This document shows, piece after piece, positions 17,483-24,000 of a DNA stretch of 24,000 bases; position 1 is the stretch's first letter, and each line of letters begins with the position of its first letter. The notes under the pieces are model-generated. The model did not search any database. It saw nothing but the letters and a program-made list of their open reading frames with translations, and was not told where the DNA came from. Origin of the DNA: Candidatus Aminicenantes bacterium (GTDB taxonomy: Bacteria; Acidobacteriota; Aminicenantia; Aminicenantales; UBA4085); contig VGJF01000001.1 of the NCBI GenBank assembly GCA_016867585.1, positions 27,204-51,203 of the forward strand, written 5' to 3'. Both the position numbers and the translations under genes were made by a program.

Positions 17483-18184
17483 ATGGTCAAGACGGCCCTC
17501 TCCAAGCGCAGCCCCCTCCGGATCCTGGAGGAATACACCCACGGCGGGCCCGGGGCCGGGGCGACCGCGGTTCTGGCCTCGCCCAAGGGCGTCGGCAAAA
17601 CGGCCTGCCTCGTCCACATCGCGACCGAGAAGCTCTTCCAGGGCAAGCCCGTCATCCATGTCTCCTATGCCAGCCGGGTCGACCACATCATCACCTGGTA
17701 CGAGGACATCTTCAAGGGGATCGCCCGCCGGCGGCGCCTCCGCAACGCCCCGGCCGTCCGCGACGAAATCATCCGCAAGCGGGTCATCATGAATTTCAAG
17801 CAGGACGGGATGGGAACCGAGCAGGTCCTCCGGAGCGTCGAGGCCATGATCACCTTCGGCAAGTTCCCCGCCGAGACGGTCATCGTCGACGGCTACGACT
17901 TCGGCCTGGCCGCCTCCGCCGACCTCCGCAAGTTCAAGGAGTTCGCCCGACGGCTGGGTCTCGAGATCTGGTTCAGCGCCTCGCTCCGCGAAACCGGCCG
18001 CCCCCTTTACGAGGCCGACGGAATGCCCTGCGTCCTGGCGGACCACCGCGACGCCCTCGACCTCGTCATCACCCTTCACGCCCGCGGCGACCATGTCGAG
18101 CTCCGGGTCGTCAAGGACAACGACCATCCGGCCGCGGGCGTCCTCCCCCTGAAGCTTGACCCGAAGACGCTCCTCATCGCCTGA
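17483..18184 (+). CDS. KaiC/RecA-superfamily-like P-loop protein, 233 aa, function unknown
   Basis: P-loop SPKGVGKT (aa 33-40), Walker B-like ETVIVDGYD (aa 131-139) and a KaiC-like layout (VIHVSYAS after the P-loop; C-terminal ELRVVKDNDH). It starts 3 nt after the EF-G stop. Confidence 0.6.
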   Translation: MVKTALSKRSPLRILEEYTHGGPGAGATAVLASPKGVGKTACLVHIATEKLFQGKPVIHVSYASRVDHIITWYEDIFKGIARRRRLRNAPAVRDEIIRKRVIMNFKQDGMGTEQVLRSVEAMITFGKFPAETVIVDGYDFGLAASADLRKFKEFARRLGLEIWFSASLRETGRPLYEADGMPCVLADHRDALDLVITLHARGDHVELRVVKDNDHPAAGVLPLKLDPKTLLIA

Positions 18185-18189
18185 GAAGG

Positions 18190-18223
18190 CCGGGGGGATG
18201 TTTCGGAGCAGCCTCCCCTCCGG
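18190..18223 (+). terminator. Possible terminator-like GC hairpin after the EF-G/ATPase operon
   Basis: CCGGGGGGA (18190..18198) pairs with TCCCCTCCGG (18214..18223) with one bulge and a 15-nt loop. Only a weak T-tract follows (gggcttt). Confidence 0.3.
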
Positions 18224-18292
18224 ACCTTGGGCTTTCGCCGATCGTCCGCTTGACAATCCGGGGCTGATGGGCCAAGGTTATTCAGAGCGCCC

Positions 18293-19195
18293 ATGAGAGC
18301 CGGCTACGCGAACGCGTCATCGTCCATCCTGCTGGCGGTCTTCCTCTTCGCCGGGGGGCAGGACGTCGTCCGCGACGATTTGGGCGCCGTCTTTCCGGCG
18401 GCCGGGTCCTACAGGCGCATCGTCTCGCTGGCCCCTAACATCACCGAGATCCTCTTCACCCTGGGGGCGGGAGACCGCGTCGCGGGCGTCACCCGGTATT
18501 GCGACTTCCCCCCGGAGGCGGCCCTCAGGCCGAAGGTCGGCGGCTTTCTCGATCCGAACCTGGAGGCCATCCGGGCCCTCGAGCCCGACCTGATCGTCGC
18601 TTTCAGGGGAAATCCGCTCGAAGCCCTCGACCGGCTGAGGCGAATCGGCCTTCCGGTCTTCGTCCTTGACATCGCCGACGACCTCGAGGCCGTCCCCCGG
18701 ACGATCGGAAAGCTCGGCCGCCTGACGGGAAGGACGGCGGAGGCCGGGGCCATCATCGACGGCATCGCGGCCGTCTCGCGGAGCGTCGAAGAGGGGCTCC
18801 GCGGCCTCGCCGAACGCCCGCGGATTTTCCTCAAGCTCCAGGGCGAGGGCCTCTGGACCTGCGGCCGGGGGAGCTATTTCACCGACATGATCGTCCGGTC
18901 GGGCGGGACGAGCATCTCGGCCGGCGTGCCGAAGAATTGGCTCGAGTACGGGGCCGAGCGCCTCCTGGCCGACGACCCCGACCTCATCGTCATCCTGGCC
19001 CGATCGGACGACGACTACGCCCGGACGCGAGGCTGGTTCAGGGCCCAGCCGGCCCTCCGCGGACTCCGGGCCGTCCGCGAAGACCGGTTCGGCCGTCTCG
19101 ATGAAAACGCGGCCAGCCGCTTCGGCCCGCGCCTTTTCGAGGCTTTCGCCGACCTGGCCCGCCTTCTCCATCCGGACCGGTTCCCGGCCCGCTGA
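18293..19195 (+). CDS. Periplasmic ABC-type substrate-binding protein, BtuF/iron-siderophore (class III) type
   Basis: Signal peptide MRAGYANASSSILLAVFLFAGG. Motifs typical of the family are RIVSLAPNITEILFTLGAGDRVAGVTRYCDFP and PDLIVA. No in-frame alternative start exists upstream (stop at 18251). Confidence 0.75.
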   Translation: MRAGYANASSSILLAVFLFAGGQDVVRDDLGAVFPAAGSYRRIVSLAPNITEILFTLGAGDRVAGVTRYCDFPPEAALRPKVGGFLDPNLEAIRALEPDLIVAFRGNPLEALDRLRRIGLPVFVLDIADDLEAVPRTIGKLGRLTGRTAEAGAIIDGIAAVSRSVEEGLRGLAERPRIFLKLQGEGLWTCGRGSYFTDMIVRSGGTSISAGVPKNWLEYGAERLLADDPDLIVILARSDDDYARTRGWFRAQPALRGLRAVREDRFGRLDENAASRFGPRLFEAFADLARLLHPDRFPAR

Positions 19196-19236
19196 ACTTT
19201 CGCGCCGGTTTCGCAGGAGGAGAGAAGGGTGATAGA

Positions 19237-19827
19237 ATGCCCGCGATGATGCCGACCTTCTTCTTCGTCAAGGACTGGAAGCACGAGGACCGCCTCTTTT
19301 CCGCCCACCCTTCCTCGACCCTCCCGAAGGACTCCTCCTGGGTGAAAAAAGCCTGGGACATCGCCAAGAAGAAGCTGATGATTCTGCCCCAACGGACTCT
19401 CCGCCAGGAGCAGGCCTTCGCCCTCGCCATGAAAATCGCCGAGTCGGAAGTCCGAGTGCTCCACGGCCACGCCGACGACAAATGGATCAACGCCCGGTTC
19501 CATTATTTTCTCCACAAGAAGCGCACCCAGCGGCTGTTCATCGTCGTCGGCGAGGCCCTGCTCGTCCCGCTGACCGGATTCCTCGTCTGGCTTCCCGGGC
19601 CGAACGTCGCCTTCTATGCCGTCGCCCTCCTCCTCATCACCCACTGGCTGTCCTTCCGGGGCATCCGACGCCTGCTCAAGAAAGACCACGCCTACGAGGC
19701 TTCGCCTCTTCTCGAAGAATGGGAGCGGGCCGCGGCCGAGAAGAGGGAGGAAGACTTCCCCGGCCTGCTCGAGCGGATCGAGCAGGCCTTCGACCTCGAG
19801 GGCGTCCGGAAGATTCTCTATAAATAA
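19237..19827 (+). CDS. Hypothetical membrane protein (two predicted TM helices), 196 aa
   Basis: Normal, Lys/Glu/Phe/Trp-containing composition. A strong Shine-Dalgarno region (GGAGGAGAGAAGGG) lies upstream. The hydrophobic hairpin is LFIVVGEALLVPLTGFLVWLPGPNVAFYAVALLLITHWLSF. No family recognised with confidence. Confidence 0.6.
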   Translation: MPAMMPTFFFVKDWKHEDRLFSAHPSSTLPKDSSWVKKAWDIAKKKLMILPQRTLRQEQAFALAMKIAESEVRVLHGHADDKWINARFHYFLHKKRTQRLFIVVGEALLVPLTGFLVWLPGPNVAFYAVALLLITHWLSFRGIRRLLKKDHAYEASPLLEEWERAAAEKREEDFPGLLERIEQAFDLEGVRKILYK

Positions 19828-20262
19828 TCAGGCCGGAAAGAGCCCTTCCTTCCCGCGGAGATATCGCTCGACGGTCTCGCGGATTTCGTCCCGAACGCGC
19901 CGGAAAGCGGCCAGGACCTCGTCTTCCATCCCCGAGGCCGCGGCCGGGTCGTCGAATCCGAGGTGCGACCTCTCAACGTCTCCGAAAAAGACGGGACAAG
20001 TCTCGTTCGCCCGGCCGCAGAGGGTGATCACGTAGTCGAAAGCCTCGTTTTCGAATTCCTCGAGCGATTTGCTGCGGGCCCGGGTGTGGTCGATGCCGAT
20101 TTCGGCCAGGACGCGCAGGGCGGCCGGGTGGGGCGAGGCCGGAGCCGTGCCCGCGGAAAAAGCTTGAAAATGCCCGCCCAAGTCATGGTTGACCAGCGCC
20201 TCGGCCATCTGGGACCGAGCGCTATTGGCCGTGCATAGAAAAAGAACTTTCTTCTTCGTCAT
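19828..20262 (-). CDS. arsC: Arsenate reductase, thioredoxin-coupled LMW-PTPase type
   Basis: CX5R(S) P-loop LFLCTANSARS, plus the downstream Cys pair ITLCGRANETCP (equivalent to Cys82/Cys89 of the S. aureus pI258 type). Confidence 0.9.
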   Translation of the reverse strand: MTKKKVLFLCTANSARSQMAEALVNHDLGGHFQAFSAGTAPASPHPAALRVLAEIGIDHTRARSKSLEEFENEAFDYVITLCGRANETCPVFFGDVERSHLGFDDPAAASGMEDEVLAAFRRVRDEIRETVERYLRGKEGLFPA

Positions 20263-20265
20263 GCC

Positions 20266-20322
20266 TTGACAATCCTCTTTCTATACATGATAATATGTTC
20301 ATATAATAATATAAATTATGAA
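20266..20322 (+). promoter_or_regulatory. Divergent ars promoter/operator region (TTGACA-N17-GATAAT plus dyad symmetries)
   Basis: TTGACA at 20266..20271, a 17-nt spacer, then GATAAT at 20289..20294. An additional TATAAT lies at 20302..20307. The inverted repeat TTCATA (20298..20303) / TATGAA (20317..20322) spans the arsR ATG. The short dyad ACAT-N6-ATGT (20285..20298) is centred on the -10. The stretch is almost pure A/T. Confidence 0.6.
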
Positions 20323-20674
20323 AAAAGTCACCCGCATTTTCAAGGCCCTGTCCGACCCCACCCGTCTCCGGGTCGTCCTCCTTCTCCTCGAACGCGAGCT
20401 CTGCGTCTGCGAACTCATGGCTATCCTGAAGATGGAGCAGTCCCGCGTCTCCCACCAGCTCCGCCTTCTCCGCGACGCCGGCCTCGTCGAGGACGCCCGC
20501 GAGGGCCGATGGATCATCTATCGCATGCCGGATGGGGTCAAGGAATACCTTCGTCCGCTCGTCGAGCGGGCGCTCGGCGACGACGGGAGCGCGGCGGAAA
20601 CGATCCGCCGAGACCGGGCCGCGATGGAGCTTTGCCTCCGGAGCGAGGTCCGGAAAACGCGCTGCCCGGCCTAG
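20318..20674 (+). CDS. arsR: ArsR/SmtB-family metalloregulatory repressor
   Basis: FKALSDPTRLRVVLLL, the ELCVCEL As(III)-binding motif and the SRVSHQLRLLRDAGLV recognition helix. Additional C-terminal Cys residues (CLRSEVRKTRC). Confidence 0.9.
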   Translation: MKKVTRIFKALSDPTRLRVVLLLLERELCVCELMAILKMEQSRVSHQLRLLRDAGLVEDAREGRWIIYRMPDGVKEYLRPLVERALGDDGSAAETIRRDRAAMELCLRSEVRKTRCPA

Positions 20675-20683
20675 GAAAACGCC

Positions 20684-21862
20684 ATGTCCAAAGACGCCAA
20701 GATCCTTCTCGCTCTCGTCGCCGTCTTCCTGGCCGCGTCCTTCATCCCTTTCGGCCGGTCGAACGTCCAGGGCGCCTTCGCCGAGGCCTTCGCCCTGCTC
20801 CAGGAGTACGCCCGCCGGCACGTCCTCCTCTGCCTCATCCCGGCCTTCTTTATCGCCGGAGCCATCACTGTCTTCATCCGCCAGGAGGCGGTCATCCGCT
20901 ATCTCGGCCCGAAGTCCAACAAAGTCCTGGCCTACGGCATCGCCTCCGTCTCGGGGACGATCCTGGCCGTCTGTTCCTGCACCGTCCTTCCCCTTTTTGC
21001 CGGCATCTATACGCGGGGAGCGGGGATCGGCCCCGCCTCGGCCTTCCTCTACTCCGGACCGGCCATCAACGTCCTGGCGATCACCCTCACGGCCAAGGTC
21101 CTGGGGCTGAAGCTGGGGCTGGCCCGGGCTCTCGGGGCTGTCGTTTTCTCGGTCGTCATCGGGCTTCTCATGCACGCCTTCTTCGGCCGAGAAGCCGCCC
21201 GGGAGCGGGAGAGCGGAGATTTCGGCGCCGGCGGAGCTCCGGCCGCCCTCGCCCGGCCGCTCTGGAAGACGGGGCTTTATTTCGCCGTCATGATCGGCAT
21301 CCTCGTTTTCATGAACTGGGGAAAAGGCGATTCTTCCCTCGGTCTCTGGAATGCCGTTTACAGCGCCAAATGGGCGATCAGCGGGGGCCTTTGGATGACC
21401 CTTTTCGTTATCCTTCTCCGCTGGTTCAGCCGGGAGGAGATCAAGGAGTGGGTTCTCTCGACCTGGATTTTCACCAAGCAGATTTTCCCTCTCCTTCTCG
21501 CCGGGATCTTCGTCGCCGGATTCCTCCTCGGCCGGCCCGGCCACGAGGCCCTGATTCCGAACCGCTGGATCGCCGGCCTCGTCGGGGGCAATTCCGTCTG
21601 GGCCAATCTCTTCGCCGCCGTCTCGGGAGCCCTGATTTATTTCTGCACCCTGACCGAGGTCCCCATCCTCCATGGCCTTCTCGGCTCGGGCATGGGCCAG
21701 GGCCCGGCCTTAGCCCTCCTTTTGGCCGGTCCGGCCCTCTCCCTGCCCAGCATCATCGTCATCCGCCGGATGATGGGGACGAAGAAAGCCTTGACATACA
21801 TCGCCCTGGTCGTCGTCATGTCGACGGTCGCGGGGATTCTATTCGGCCGGCTGTTCGGATGA
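20684..21862 (+). CDS. Multi-pass permease of the ArsP / DUF318 type
   Basis: About 10 hydrophobic segments. The vicinal Cys motif in a TM helix (ILAVCSCTVLPLF) resembles the ArsP organoarsenical permease motif. It lies in an arsR-led operon. Confidence 0.7.
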   Translation: MSKDAKILLALVAVFLAASFIPFGRSNVQGAFAEAFALLQEYARRHVLLCLIPAFFIAGAITVFIRQEAVIRYLGPKSNKVLAYGIASVSGTILAVCSCTVLPLFAGIYTRGAGIGPASAFLYSGPAINVLAITLTAKVLGLKLGLARALGAVVFSVVIGLLMHAFFGREAARERESGDFGAGGAPAALARPLWKTGLYFAVMIGILVFMNWGKGDSSLGLWNAVYSAKWAISGGLWMTLFVILLRWFSREEIKEWVLSTWIFTKQIFPLLLAGIFVAGFLLGRPGHEALIPNRWIAGLVGGNSVWANLFAAVSGALIYFCTLTEVPILHGLLGSGMGQGPALALLLAGPALSLPSIIVIRRMMGTKKALTYIALVVVMSTVAGILFGRLFG

Positions 21863-21891
21863 CCGGCCGAGCGATTTGAGGAGGTTTTTGA

Positions 21892-22131
21892 ATGGAGATC
21901 AAGATTCTGGGCACCGGCTGCCCTCGCTGCAAGGAAGTCGAAAAGCGGACGATGAACGCCCTGGCTGAGCTGAACGTCGCCGCAGCCGTCGACAAAGTCG
22001 CCGACATCTCGAAAATCATGGACTACAAGATCATGGGCACGCCCGGCCTCGTCATCAACGGCAAGGTCAAGTCGGCCGGCCGCATCCCCAGCCTGGAGGA
22101 CATTAAGAAATTCATCCAGGAAGAATCGTGA
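21892..22131 (+). CDS. Small thioredoxin-fold protein (redox-active disulfide protein 2 type), 79 aa
   Basis: [18 protein letters not shown] with a CPRC redox motif, followed by [19 protein letters not shown] Shine-Dalgarno sits upstream. Confidence 0.8.
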   Translation: MEIKILGTGCPRCKEVEKRTMNALAELNVAAAVDKVADISKIMDYKIMGTPGLVINGKVKSAGRIPSLEDIKKFIQEES

Positions 22132-22141
22132 CGAGGCCCGC

Positions 22142-23209
22142 ATGACCCCGGGAAAAGCAAGGCTCAAAATCCTCGACCGGTACCTGACGGTCTGGATTTT
22201 TCTGGCCATGGCGGCCGGCGTCGGGCTGGGGTATTTCGTCCCGGCGGTCGTCGGCCTCATCAACACATTCCAAGCCGGGACGACCAACATCCCGATCGCC
22301 GTCGGACTCATCCTGATGATGTACCCGCCACTGGCGAAAGTCCGGTACGAGGAACTCGGGGACGTCTTCAAGAACGCCAAGGTCCTCGGGCTGTCGCTCG
22401 TCCAGAACTGGGTCATCGGGCCGCTTCTCATGTTCGCCCTGGCCGTCGTCTTTCTCCGCGACAAACCCGAGTACATGTACGGCCTGATCTTGATCGGCCT
22501 GGCCCGCTGCATCGCCATGGTCATCGTCTGGAACGACCTGGCCCAGGGCGACCGGGAATACGCGGCCGGGCTCGTCGCCTTCAATTCGATCTTCCAGGTC
22601 CTGTTCTTTTCGGTCTACGCCTACGTCTTCATCACCGTCTTCCCGACCTGGCTCGGCCTCGAGGGGACGGCCGTCGACGTCACCATGCGCCAGATCGCCG
22701 AGAGCGTCTTTGTCTATCTCGGCATTCCCTTCATCGCCGGGGTCGCGACCCGCTTCAGCCTCCTGAAGCTCAAAGGCCGGACGTGGTACGAGACGAAGTT
22801 CATCCCCCGGATCAGCCCGATCACTCTCATCGCCCTCCTCTTCACCATCGTCGTCATGTTCTCGCTGAAGGGAGAGCTCATCGTCAAGATCCCGCTCGAC
22901 GTCATCCGCATCGCCGTTCCCCTTCTCCTGTATTTCGTCGTGATGTTCCTCGTCTCTTTCGCCCTCAGCCGCAAAGCGGGGGCGGATTATCCCAAGGCGG
23001 CGACCCTGTCGTTCACCGCGGCCAGCAACAACTTCGAGCTGGCCATCGCCGTGGCCGTGGCCGTCTTCGGCCTCCATTCCGGCGAGGCCTTCGCCGCCGT
23101 CATCGGGCCGCTCATCGAAGTCCCGGTCATGATCGGCCTCGTCAACGTCGCTCTCTTTTTCAAGCGCAAATATTTCTCGACGGCGGGGCGAACCGGGAGT
23201 CTTGCCTGA
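22142..23209 (+). CDS. acr3: Arsenite efflux transporter, ACR3 family
   Basis: [41 protein letters not shown] (conserved Cys) and [15 protein letters not shown]. Confidence 0.9.
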   Translation: MTPGKARLKILDRYLTVWIFLAMAAGVGLGYFVPAVVGLINTFQAGTTNIPIAVGLILMMYPPLAKVRYEELGDVFKNAKVLGLSLVQNWVIGPLLMFALAVVFLRDKPEYMYGLILIGLARCIAMVIVWNDLAQGDREYAAGLVAFNSIFQVLFFSVYAYVFITVFPTWLGLEGTAVDVTMRQIAESVFVYLGIPFIAGVATRFSLLKLKGRTWYETKFIPRISPITLIALLFTIVVMFSLKGELIVKIPLDVIRIAVPLLLYFVVMFLVSFALSRKAGADYPKAATLSFTAASNNFELAIAVAVAVFGLHSGEAFAAVIGPLIEVPVMIGLVNVALFFKRKYFSTAGRTGSLA

Positions 23210-23296
23210 AGCCCTTTAACCATGGAGAAGAAGAAGATGAGGCCGAAGGCCCCCGAATTGACAATCCCCCTCGGAATGGGCTAACGTGTCCCTGTC

Positions 23297-23668
23297 ATGC
23301 CGCTGACGCTGACCGAAGTCCTCCTTCTCGTCGCGACCTTCGCCTTCGTCGCGGCCGTCGTCTTCCTCATCCGGCTCCTCGCCCAGCTCCGCCGGACGGC
23401 GGCCGAAGGCGAGAAGGCCCTGGCGGAGGTCCGGGAGCTCGCCCGCCATCTCACCGAGCTCGACCTTGTCGTGAAGGAGCGGGTCGAGGACCTGGGACAA
23501 ACGCTGGCCGCTTCGAAAAAGGCGGCGACGAGCCTGGCCGAGGCCTCCTGGCTCGTCACCTCCCGGATCGTCCGCCCCTCGGCGAAATACCTCCCCCTCA
23601 TCCTCCCCGCGGCGAGGTTCGTCTGGCGTCAGTTCGGCAAACGAAAGGAGAAGAGACATGGGAAATGA
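23297..23668 (+). CDS. DUF948/YtxG-like membrane-anchored coiled-coil protein, 123 aa
   Basis: N-terminal TM helix (LLLVATFAFVAAVVFLIRLL) followed by helical repeats. The layout is as in B. subtilis YtxG, and a YtxH-like gene follows directly. Confidence 0.55.
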   Translation: MPLTLTEVLLLVATFAFVAAVVFLIRLLAQLRRTAAEGEKALAEVRELARHLTELDLVVKERVEDLGQTLAASKKAATSLAEASWLVTSRIVRPSAKYLPLILPAARFVWRQFGKRKEKRHGK

Positions 23669-23984
23669 CAACAAGGGCAGCGCCCTCGAAGTCGCCGTTT
23701 CCTTCCTCATCGGCGCGGCCACGGGCTTCGTCCTCGGCATCCTGTTCGCCCCGGCCAGCGGCAAGGAGACCCGGAAGAAGATCCACGACGAGGTCGAAAA
23801 GTCCACCGAAAAAGCCAAGGATGGATTCGACAAGATCGCCAAGGAGGCCGAGAAGGGGATCAAGGTCGTCAAGGAAAAAACCCAGGAAGGGATCGAAGCG
23901 ATCAAGGAATTCATCGACAAGAAGAAGCAGGAGTTCATGAAGCACGGCCCCGAGGCCTATCCCGACGACAAGCCCAAGGCCTGA
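23658..23984 (+). CDS. YtxH-like general stress protein, 108 aa
   Basis: Hallmark GAATGFVLGILFAPASGKETRKKI, followed by a Lys/Glu-rich helical tail. AAGGAGAAGAG Shine-Dalgarno upstream. It overlaps the preceding gene by 11 nt. Confidence 0.75.
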   Translation: MGNDNKGSALEVAVSFLIGAATGFVLGILFAPASGKETRKKIHDEVEKSTEKAKDGFDKIAKEAEKGIKVVKEKTQEGIEAIKEFIDKKKQEFMKHGPEAYPDDKPKA

Positions 23985-24000
23985 TTTCCCCCCCCGAGGC

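Noticed and set aside
15401-18256. 951-aa ORF on the minus strand opposite EF-G and the KaiC-like gene. Similar long shadow ORFs occur at 469..2421(+), 3647..5005(-), 6745..8211(-), 8256..10469(+), 11225..12901(+), 13800..15404(-), 15814..18159(+) and 20222..21673(-).
   Set aside because: Their translations are dominated by Arg/Pro/Gly/Asp/Ala with no recognisable motifs. Each lies exactly antisense to, or out of frame with, a gene carrying clear family signatures. This is the usual stop-codon-poor shadow frame of GC-rich DNA.
18185-18292. Cobalamin riboswitch upstream of the BtuF-type binding protein.
   Set aside because: The spacer is only 108 nt, too short for a typical ~200-nt cobalamin element. 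I could not see a B12-box-like sequence. The region is better explained by a hairpin plus a TTGACA promoter element.
19828-23209. The ars locus considered as a horizontally acquired island or mobile element.
   Set aside because: There are no flanking direct or inverted repeats, no integrase or transposase, no tRNA gene, and no obvious compositional break other than the AT-rich promoter.
1-24000. Scan for tRNA/rRNA/tmRNA genes, CRISPR arrays, IS elements and toxin-antitoxin or defence gene pairs.
   Set aside because: No T-loop/acceptor-like tRNA signatures were seen outside coding context (the GTTCGA-like hits at ~1190 and ~5581 are inside CDSs). There are no regularly spaced direct repeats, no transposase- or integrase-like ORFs, and no small paired ORFs with TA-like features. 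A by-eye scan could miss divergent elements.

Overview
GC-rich bacterial chromosomal segment (roughly two-thirds G+C by eye), densely packed with about 25 protein-coding genes. Because of the GC bias, nearly every real gene is shadowed by long Arg/Pro/Gly-rich ORFs in other frames. I picked frames by recognisable motifs and normal amino-acid composition, and trimmed several ORF-track entries to internal starts. Most of the window is housekeeping. On the minus strand: recJ, a very long LptC/LptA-like gene and lptB (truncated at the left edge), plus leuS-lptE-holA and dtd. On the plus strand: ftsY-ribD-ribE-ribBA and a HEAT-repeat gene, rpsT, a Cys-rich Fe-S protein, a stand-alone EF-G gene tightly coupled to a small KaiC/RecA-like P-loop gene, an orphan BtuF-type binding protein and a 2-TM hypothetical. 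The right third carries an arsenic-resistance locus (arsC divergent from arsR, an ArsP-like permease, a thioredoxin-like gene and acr3), followed by a YtxG/YtxH-like stress pair. AT-rich sigma70-type promoters stand out clearly against the GC-rich background. I found no tRNA/rRNA genes, CRISPR arrays, transposases, integrases or large repeats, and no obvious defence or toxin-antitoxin module. The best candidates for something undescribed are modest: the mitochondrial/spd-type EF-G coupled to a KaiC-like protein with a degenerate active site, the 643-aa single-polypeptide LptC/LptA-like protein, and the 427-aa Fe-S protein with a CNCCGCCC cluster. All family assignments are by-eye motif reading; no searches were run.
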